This document shows positions 38,621 through 44,200 of a DNA stretch of 44,200 nt, one piece after another. A program made the translations under genes and the position numbers. Position 1 is the stretch's first letter, and each line of letters opens with the position of its first letter. Source of the DNA: a virus (lineage: Duplodnaviria > Caudoviricetes); the IMG/VR virus record IMGVR_UViG_3300021185_001467, positions 1 to 44,200 of that record; one strand, 5' to 3'. The notes under the pieces were generated by a model. The model ran no database searches and had not been told where the DNA came from. It saw only the letters and a list, made by a program, of their open reading frames with translations.

Positions 38621-39067
38621 TTATTTTTTTTTGTTAAACTCTTTTATAGCTTGGCTGTACACTTTATCAATGTACGTCTCTCGTTTCATTATTTTATTCC
38701 TATTTGCTGAAGTCGGAAGATCTTCTTCATTTATAAGTATCCTATATATTCTATTTATTAATAGCTTACCTTTCTGGCTAACCTTATATTTGTTATGGTC
38801 ACCTCTGCGGCCACCACCATTATGTGATTTATTAATCCAGCCGTCTCTTTGTAGCCTGTAGAATCTTTCTTTATCCCAGGTATAAAACAACGTTCCTGTT
38901 TTAAAATCTTCTATGGTAAAATATACAATAGGGTCAAGATAGAATAATAGCTCTAAATCGGCAACAGACAGCTCGTTGTTTTTACAAGCCCATCTTGATA
39001 CTAATCTATAGTATTTAAGAAAATCAACTTTGACTTCGCCTCTTTGTGCAAAATCTGATCTTTCCAT
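38621..39067 (-). CDS. Winged-helix-like DNA-binding protein (148 aa)
   Basis: LSVADLELLFYL...RFYRLQRDGWI...YKVSQKGKLLINRIY is a MarR/wHTH-like pattern; coupled to groES. Confidence 0.55.
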   Translation of the reverse strand: MERSDFAQRGEVKVDFLKYYRLVSRWACKNNELSVADLELLFYLDPIVYFTIEDFKTGTLFYTWDKERFYRLQRDGWINKSHNGGGRRGDHNKYKVSQKGKLLINRIYRILINEEDLPTSANRNKIMKRETYIDKVYSQAIKEFNKKK

Positions 39068-39321
39068 TATAATACAGCTACTACGTCTCTTACGTTTATT
39101 ACTTTATAAATTTTATCTTCGTGCTCAACCGGATAACCAGCTACCCTATCAAAAAGAACTACCTGTCCTTGTTTTAGAATATCTGGCCCAGATGACACGA
39201 TATTTGCTTTGCGATACCTAATATCTTCCCGATGCTTTTCGGCTAGTTCTAGGCCTCCCTGTGTCTTTGTGGACGATTCCAGGATCTCTTCTAATACTAC
39301 GTAATTACCTATTGCTTCCAT
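39067..39321 (-). CDS. groS: Co-chaperonin GroES (84 aa)
   Basis: AIGNYVVLE, mobile loop KTQGGLEL, LKQGQVVLFD and YKVINVRDVVAVL; coupled to groEL. Confidence 0.85.
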   Translation of the reverse strand: MEAIGNYVVLEEILESSTKTQGGLELAEKHREDIRYRKANIVSSGPDILKQGQVVLFDRVAGYPVEHEDKIYKVINVRDVVAVL

Positions 39322-40898
39322 TATTCCCTTACGTTACTAATTACACAATCTGTTGATAAAATAGTAGTAGCTACAGATACCGCATTATTAAGTGCTGTTT
39401 TTGTAACTAGAAACGGATCGATAATTCCGTCTTCTCGCATGTTCGTCACACAACCACAAATTACATTAACCCCGTCACCCCATTTTTTAAGCTGGAATTC
39501 CTCAGGGTATAAACCTGCGTTAGATAATATTTTTGTATATGGCGCAATCAAAGCATCTTTCAAAATTTCAAAACCTAAAAATTCGTCTTGATTCATTTCT
39601 AATTGCCAATCGCTTGCTGCAGCATAAGCTAGTGCAGCTCCTCCTCCTGGCAATATACCTTCTTTACGTGCTGCCTTTACAGCATGAATTGCATCATCTA
39701 CTCTGTCTTGCTTTTCTTTAAGCTCAACTTCCGTATCAGCTCCTACGTATATAATGGATACACCACCACATAAAAGAGCTAACCTGTCGTTTAAGTGCTT
39801 TGACAATATTTTATTGTCTTCATCATCAAGAGCAGTTTTTAAATATTCGATACGTTCTAGTGCTTCTTCTGATTTTTCAGAGATAACTAAAACAGTACCC
39901 TCACTATCTGAGATGGCCTTATCGGCCGTACCTAACATGTCAGGGGAGATCGCATCAATCGAATCCCCAAGGCTTTCGTCAAAAACTTTAGCCCCGACAA
40001 GCAACGCTAGATCATCCAGTATGTCCTTACGCTTCAGTCCAAAGCTAGGCGGATCTATTACGTTGACCTTAATATTGCCCTTTACTTTATTCATAGCCAG
40101 AGCAGTCATTGGCTGTGATTCTAAAGGCGCAATAAGGAGTATGCTACGGTTGGACTTAATAGCATGCTCCAGGATGTCTTGAATTTTTCTAATATTTGGT
40201 ATTTCCGATGCACTAATAAAAACCAACGGCTTATCTAGCTCTGTTGTTTCTTTTTCTTTATTAGTGTAGAAATGCGGAGTTTTAGAAGTACTCCCTATTT
40301 TTGTTCCCTCTACGGTGTCAATATATGTTTCACTGTTTGGAGAAGTCTCCATAGCAACAATTCCGTTTTCTCCTGAACTTTCAAAAGCTTTTGCGATAAG
40401 TTCTCCAAGCTCTTTGTCGTTATTAGCAGAAATTGTAGAAACATTATATAACTCTTTATTATCAACTTTAACAGCTTTTTCAGATAAAAAATCTATTACG
40501 TGGTCTTTAAATTTATTAATACCACTTTTAACGTCTCTAAAGGAACGTGCCTGTCCTTTGTGTTTATAGTAACAGTCGATTATGGCCTGTGTTAGCACTA
40601 TGGAGGTGGTTGTACCGTCACCTGCCATACTCGCTGTTTTTTGTGCGGCTTGTTTCATCATTGAAACGCCTAGGTTCTCAACTGGATTGTTGAGTAATAT
40701 TGAATTAGCAACAGTAACCCCATCTTTGGTTACATAAGGGTTACCGAAGTCGTCTTCAATAACCACTGTTCTACCGCTAGCTCCTAATGTAGAACTAACA
40801 GCGTTTGCTATTTTGTTTATTCCATTTGTAAGTTTGCCTTTAGCTTCTCCGTCAAAGTGTAATTCTTTAACTAGCTTGGGCCCTCCGAATTGTGCCAT
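39321..40898 (-). CDS. groL: Chaperonin GroEL, phage-encoded (525 aa)
   Basis: STLGASGR, TKDGVTVA, AGDGTTT, RVDDAIHA, EGILPGGG and GIIDP motifs; no GGM tail. Confidence 0.95.
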   Translation of the reverse strand: MAQFGGPKLVKELHFDGEAKGKLTNGINKIANAVSSTLGASGRTVVIEDDFGNPYVTKDGVTVANSILLNNPVENLGVSMMKQAAQKTASMAGDGTTTSIVLTQAIIDCYYKHKGQARSFRDVKSGINKFKDHVIDFLSEKAVKVDNKELYNVSTISANNDKELGELIAKAFESSGENGIVAMETSPNSETYIDTVEGTKIGSTSKTPHFYTNKEKETTELDKPLVFISASEIPNIRKIQDILEHAIKSNRSILLIAPLESQPMTALAMNKVKGNIKVNVIDPPSFGLKRKDILDDLALLVGAKVFDESLGDSIDAISPDMLGTADKAISDSEGTVLVISEKSEEALERIEYLKTALDDEDNKILSKHLNDRLALLCGGVSIIYVGADTEVELKEKQDRVDDAIHAVKAARKEGILPGGGAALAYAAASDWQLEMNQDEFLGFEILKDALIAPYTKILSNAGLYPEEFQLKKWGDGVNVICGCVTNMREDGIIDPFLVTKTALNNAVSVATTILSTDCVISNVRE

Positions 40899-40926
40899 TT
40901 AATTTGATTTAATTTGATTTATATTT

Positions 40927-41238
40927 TTAGCAGTTCCATTTGCGTCTAGCAGCACGGCCTCTTTCTGAGGTCCAGCTTTTAGATCTAGCACAGAATGCTT
41001 TTCTTCTTTTAGCAGCTTTACTGCCTTTCTTTAATTTAGATGGTGGCGTTGTTACGGCAGTTTTCAATTTACTGCCAGGATTATCTTTTCGATATTTAGC
41101 AACGCCCTTAGCTGTCATTCCTCCACCAGCTTTTTTACCAGTCCCGCCTTTCTTATTTACTTTAGCATAATAGCCTAAAGATTTTTTCTTTGAAGGTGCA
41201 GGTGGTTTTTTGCGTCGTGTAGCTTTTTTAACAGGCAT
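40927..41238 (-). CDS. Highly basic small protein (103 aa)
   Basis: Likely start ATG 41238 (MPVKKATRRKK); GGMTAKGVAKYRKDNPGSKLK..RRKAFCARS..RRKWNC. Confidence 0.7.
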   Translation of the reverse strand: MPVKKATRRKKPPAPSKKKSLGYYAKVNKKGGTGKKAGGGMTAKGVAKYRKDNPGSKLKTAVTTPPSKLKKGSKAAKRRKAFCARSKSWTSERGRAARRKWNC

Positions 41239-41239
41239 A

Positions 41240-41446
41240 TCATTTTTTCTTTTTACGTCCAGGTTTTTTTCTCGTGAACTTTTTAACAACTTCTTTAGCG
41301 TCGTCTACGGTATCTTCAACAAAGTCTTCAACTTCATCAGGGATGCCGTCATCATCAGCGTCTTTGAATCTTCCAAATTTGGTTGCTACAACAGTTCCAA
41401 CTGTTATAACTAAAAGAATCGTGAATATAATTACAATGGTTTCCAT
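41240..41446 (-). CDS. Small membrane protein with a Ca-binding-like loop (68 aa)
   Basis: N-terminal TM segment, DADDDGIPD, basic C-terminus. Confidence 0.65.
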   Translation of the reverse strand: METIVIIFTILLVITVGTVVATKFGRFKDADDDGIPDEVEDFVEDTVDDAKEVVKKFTRKKPGRKKKK

Positions 41447-41449
41447 AAT

Positions 41450-41698
41450 CTATTTAATTAGCTTTCTTTTTTCCTTTTTAGTTCCCTTACCGTCATTACC
41501 TCTATTGGCTTTAACTGATTTGAACTTTTTATCTTTATGGTCGTAATCTAAATTTGTCAGAGAACGTCCCGCCTTCTTGGCAGCTCTACGTTTCTTTTGG
41601 CTATCTGCACGCTTCGCCTTTCTATCAGGTGAATTTGCGTATCGCAGATCTCTAGCCGCTTTAGCCGCTCGGGCTTTTAGGGAAAGTTTCTGACTCAT
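41450..41698 (-). CDS. Basic small protein with an HNH-like C-terminus (82 aa)
   Basis: DYDHKD...SVKANRG resembles a minimal beta-beta-alpha motif. Confidence 0.55.
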   Translation of the reverse strand: MSQKLSLKARAAKAARDLRYANSPDRKAKRADSQKKRRAAKKAGRSLTNLDYDHKDKKFKSVKANRGNDGKGTKKEKRKLIK

Positions 41699-41701
41699 TA
41701 G

Positions 41702-42106
41702 TTATTTCTTTGGTGGGTTGTACTTATCGTCATAATCCATGGCAGCTTTTAAAATAACCTTATCCATAACATTATCTTGATTTTCCAACATTTGTTTTTG
41801 CAACTGAATTACCATTTCTTCTAAATTATCTTTAGCAGAAACTAGAAGTTCAATTTGGTGCTCTTTTTTATCAAGGGATTGTTTAAGCGCATTTATATCA
41901 TCCGGCTTGGAACCTGTTATGGTACTTATGACAAGACCTATTGAAGCACTCAAAGTTCCTATCATCATCATGACCACTTCTTTGTTTGTTTCCAGAACTG
42001 GATATTGCATTAGCACAAACACTATACCTATAATAAGTAGGAATATAAATAATGATCCTGCGTAATGTCTTATTTCCTTGGCCACGCCGTTTGTAGGTAG
42101 TTTCAT
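41702..42106 (-). CDS. Two-TM membrane protein with C-terminal coiled coil (134 aa)
   Basis: SLFIFLLIIGIVFVLM and VVMMMIGTLSASIGLVISTI followed by a heptad pattern. Confidence 0.65.
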   Translation of the reverse strand: MKLPTNGVAKEIRHYAGSLFIFLLIIGIVFVLMQYPVLETNKEVVMMMIGTLSASIGLVISTITGSKPDDINALKQSLDKKEHQIELLVSAKDNLEEMVIQLQKQMLENQDNVMDKVILKAAMDYDDKYNPPKK

Positions 42107-42375
42107 TTCTTTTTTCTTTTGGTTGTTTTTTTCCTTATTTGGGATGTCTTACGTCCCATGCCTACACGCTTTTTCTCTGCAACAGCTTTCTTCTTTTCTG
42201 CAGGTGACATTTCACCCCAGGTCTTTACTGTTTTGCGGGATATTCTTTTAGAAGGTCTACACTTCTTAACTGATTTGTTTTTAGAAGAACCACAAGGATT
42301 ACCTTTTTCGTCGGTCCACTTTTCTTTAAACCATCTTTTAAGATTAGCACCCTTCTTAGTTTTTCTAACAGCCAC
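42103..42375 (-). CDS. Highly basic small protein (90 aa, GTG start)
   Basis: LKRWFKEKW...PCG...KCRPSKR motif; very Lys/Arg-rich. Confidence 0.7.
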   Translation of the reverse strand: MAVRKTKKGANLKRWFKEKWTDEKGNPCGSSKNKSVKKCRPSKRISRKTVKTWGEMSPAEKKKAVAEKKRVGMGRKTSQIRKKTTKRKKK

Positions 42376-42806
42376 TACTTTTTGCCGATGTACTTATTAA
42401 TAGCACTAGCAGCGTCACCTTTAAACGTGGTTGGAGAATCAACTTCTTTAGATCCTAGCTTAGCGAAAGGGCTTGCGTTCTTTTTCATAGGTGATCCACC
42501 GTATTTCTTCATAGGTGAAGTTGCACCGTACTTTTTCATTGGAGATGCAGAAGGACCTTCTGTTTCCATTTCCATAGCGCCTGTCTTCTTAGGCGGCTTA
42601 ACTTTTTTCTCAACAGCAACAGAGGTAGGGTTCGCATAGGGAGATCCACTAAAACTTACACCGCGCTCTTTAGTAGGTACAACTCTATTCCCCGCGCCCG
42701 TAGCACGTTGGCGGGTTTTCATAGTCTCTTGATCTTGTCTTCTTTGAGCAGCGGTCATCTTTCCGCGACCAACTTTTTTCTTCATGGGACTTCTTTCGTG
42801 ATCCAT
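42375..42806 (-). CDS. Basic protein with SPMKK repeats (143 aa)
   Basis: SPMKK four times, plus SPYA, SPFAK and SPTTFK. Confidence 0.7.
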   Translation of the reverse strand: MDHERSPMKKKVGRGKMTAAQRRQDQETMKTRQRATGAGNRVVPTKERGVSFSGSPYANPTSVAVEKKVKPPKKTGAMEMETEGPSASPMKKYGATSPMKKYGGSPMKKNASPFAKLGSKEVDSPTTFKGDAASAINKYIGKK

Positions 42807-42812
42807 AATATA

Positions 42813-43013
42813 TTATTTATTGTTTTTAATAGCGTTTGCAAATCCACCTTTGATCTTACCTGAATCAACAGCGGCTTCTAATTTGTCATTGAAAGCTAAA
42901 GGGCTCGCACCCGGTCCATCCAATGAATTACTAATCTTTTTTAGCGGTGATCCGCAAGGTTTGCTTTTACCAGACATTCCTGGTGCACCTAAGTTTTGTG
43001 GTCCAATTCCCAT
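42813..43013 (-). CDS. Small protein with SPL motifs (66 aa)
   Basis: Likely start ATG 43013 (MGIGPQNLGAP), since the longer call overlaps the 43018..43176 gene; contains GSPLKK and ASPLAF. Confidence 0.6.
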   Translation of the reverse strand: MGIGPQNLGAPGMSGKSKPCGSPLKKISNSLDGPGASPLAFNDKLEAAVDSGKIKGGFANAIKNNK

Positions 43014-43017
43014 AATA

Positions 43018-43176
43018 TTATTTTTTTTTGTTTTTTCTACATTTGGCAATCGCCCCCGACGCATAGGCTGAGGGGAATACATCATATGTACGTTTTGCTT
43101 TATAGTAACAGCTGTCTTTAAGTGTCAGCGGTGAAAGTCCTTTAAGCGGATGTTTACTCTTTTTATTCTTTTTCAT
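43018..43176 (-). CDS. Small basic Cys-containing protein (52 aa), missed by the ORF track
   Basis: Hand translation MKKNKKSKHPLKGLSPLTLKDSCYYKAKRTYDVFPSAYASGAIAKCRKNKKK. I recognise KDxCY..PSAYASG..KCRK as a recurrent marine-phage motif (from memory, unverified). Confidence 0.7.
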   Translation of the reverse strand: MKKNKKSKHPLKGLSPLTLKDSCYYKAKRTYDVFPSAYASGAIAKCRKNKKK

Positions 43177-43357
43177 CTCTGAATGTTTTTACAACCATCA
43201 TTTCGATGTATAAATGTTGTGCTAACAGCACTTCACTAGGGGACTCTATACAGAGATCCTTAGTTATATGTTTAAACTGGTCTATCTTTGTCTGCCGTGT
43301 CTGACCTGCCGCACACGCAGGGGTCAATAACGCCAAGGCTATTATTAGTCTCTTCAT
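43163..43357 (-). CDS. Putative lipoprotein/secreted protein (64 aa)
   Basis: From ATG 43357: MKRLIIALALLTPA-C, a signal peptide II-like start with an imperfect lipobox. Confidence 0.5.
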   Translation of the reverse strand: MKRLIIALALLTPACAAGQTRQTKIDQFKHITKDLCIESPSEVLLAQHLYIEMMVVKTFRDEKE

Positions 43358-43484
43358 AATAAGGTTTGTTTGTGTGTGCAAGATGTATCTCAATCATTGC
43401 GCTCGTTAGTTTGTCAATACTGTTACGTATCTCCTTCAATTCGTTCCTAAGCCCGTTAGACTTAATCTTAATCTCTTTGCTCAT
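43272..43484 (-). CDS. Small coiled-coil protein (70 aa)
   Basis: NGLRNELKEIRNSIDKLTSAM heptads; A-rich start context. Confidence 0.5.
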   Translation of the reverse strand: MSKEIKIKSNGLRNELKEIRNSIDKLTSAMIEIHLAHTNKPYYEETNNSLGVIDPCVCGRSDTADKDRPV

Positions 43485-43710
43485 TATATTTAATTAAATC
43501 GTGTATACTACACTGTATTATTTCTCCCCCAGCATCCGCACATATAACATGATCATTAGTAGATAAAATAACCGTGTCTACCAAACAAAAACAATCAACC
43601 TCATGCGGCCACTTAACACAAGATAATACCATACACGATAATATCAATAATAAAACGTTTCGTATATAGATATTTTGTATTACACGTACATATTTGATAA
43701 TCAAGTACAT
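43468..43710 (-). CDS. Possible Cys-rich lipoprotein (start uncertain)
   Basis: RNVLLLILSCMVLS-C followed by CxC and two more Cys. Confidence 0.35.
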   Translation of the reverse strand: MYLIIKYVRVIQNIYIRNVLLLILSCMVLSCVKWPHEVDCFCLVDTVILSTNDHVICADAGGEIIQCSIHDLIKYNEQRD

Positions 43711-44144
43711 AGGAAAGTTAGTTAATAAAGTACCCCCATATTAGTAGTAATACTATTGTTTTGTTGCTAATAATGCAGCATTTTATATAGTTTTCCGCAC
43801 ATTTTGCAATGCATTTTATTTAGAATTACATAGGTTTCATTGCCAATGTTGCAATGTTTTATAACTTTCGTTGCATTATGTGTAGATATTGTTGTGTTTT
43901 GTTGTCATATATGTAGATATATTGTGTTATCTCTACACTTAATGTAATTTATTATTAATGTAATATAGTATTTAGTTTATTGAATTATATTCAATGAATG
44001 TAGTTATTTATTACATTATTATAGTTATATATAATATTATAGTGCAATATTTTCAAAAAGGGACATTTTGTATATTTTTATAGTAAATACGTTACAAAGT
44101 ATATGTTAAAGTGATAATATAAGTGTAATTAAAATATAAGAATT
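43711..44144. promoter_or_regulatory. Very AT-rich divergent intergenic region
   Basis: No ORF of 60 aa or more; the strand switches here; short direct and inverted repeats. Confidence 0.55.
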
Positions 44145-44200
44145 ATGAACTTACAAGAACTAACAAGAACGAGTTTTGATGCGATCCATGGGATTGTGGT
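44145..44200 (+). CDS. 5' end of a divergently transcribed gene (MNLQELTRTSFDAIHGIV...)
   Basis: ATG in an A-rich context (AAGAATTATG); frame open to the window end. Confidence 0.45.
   Translation, partial: MNLQELTRTSFDAIHGIV

Noticed and set aside
39067-40898. Host chromosomal groESL indicating a prophage boundary or chimera
   Set aside because: The order is groEL then groES, the sequence is divergent and lacks the GGM tail, and it is embedded among and coupled to phage genes.
1320-43071. Plus-strand ORFs in the ORF track
   Set aside because: They are antisense shadows of well-supported minus-strand genes and show no recognisable motifs.
43014-43085. N-terminal extension of the 90-aa ORF, and a GC-rich hairpin-like stretch (CCCCTCAG..GGGGGCG)
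   Set aside because: Better explained as the coding sequence (FPSAYASGA) of the 52-aa gene at 43018..43176.
43711-44144. CRISPR array or tRNA
   Set aside because: The repeats are short, degenerate and irregularly spaced, and no cloverleaf was evident by eye.
1-44200. Stop-codon reassignment, as in some gut crAss-like phages
   Set aside because: Long genes are intact in the standard code. TAG (portal) and TGA (ATGA overlaps) act as real stops.

Overview
The window is the late (virion) half of a lytic crAss-like podovirus genome. It is AT-rich, uses the standard genetic code, and has A-rich start sites with no obvious Shine-Dalgarno, so the host is probably an aquatic Bacteroidota/Flavobacteriia. 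Nearly all genes lie on the minus strand in one tightly coupled run. From right to left: small basic and membrane proteins, phage GroEL and GroES, a wHTH-like protein, about 14 kb of modular fibre genes, holins and an M15 endolysin, a tandem double-GroES protein, a TerS candidate, TerL, portal, scaffold, major capsid protein, ring proteins, a tail muzzle, a GNAT, two ejection-type proteins, and a >1620-aa zincin-containing protein that runs off the left edge. An AT-rich divergence region and the start of a plus-strand gene lie at the right edge. Best leads: (1) a 234-codon +1-frame ORF with a lipoprotein signal hidden inside terL; (2) a muzzle gene whose conserved C-terminal strands appear split into a separate 78-aa gene after an Ig/BACON-like extension; (3) a GroEL/GroES/double-GroES folding set; (4) small basic proteins sharing an S-P-hydrophobic-(K) motif; (5) a possible plug-and-socket logic among the fibre genes. 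All family calls come from reading motifs by eye; no searches were run.
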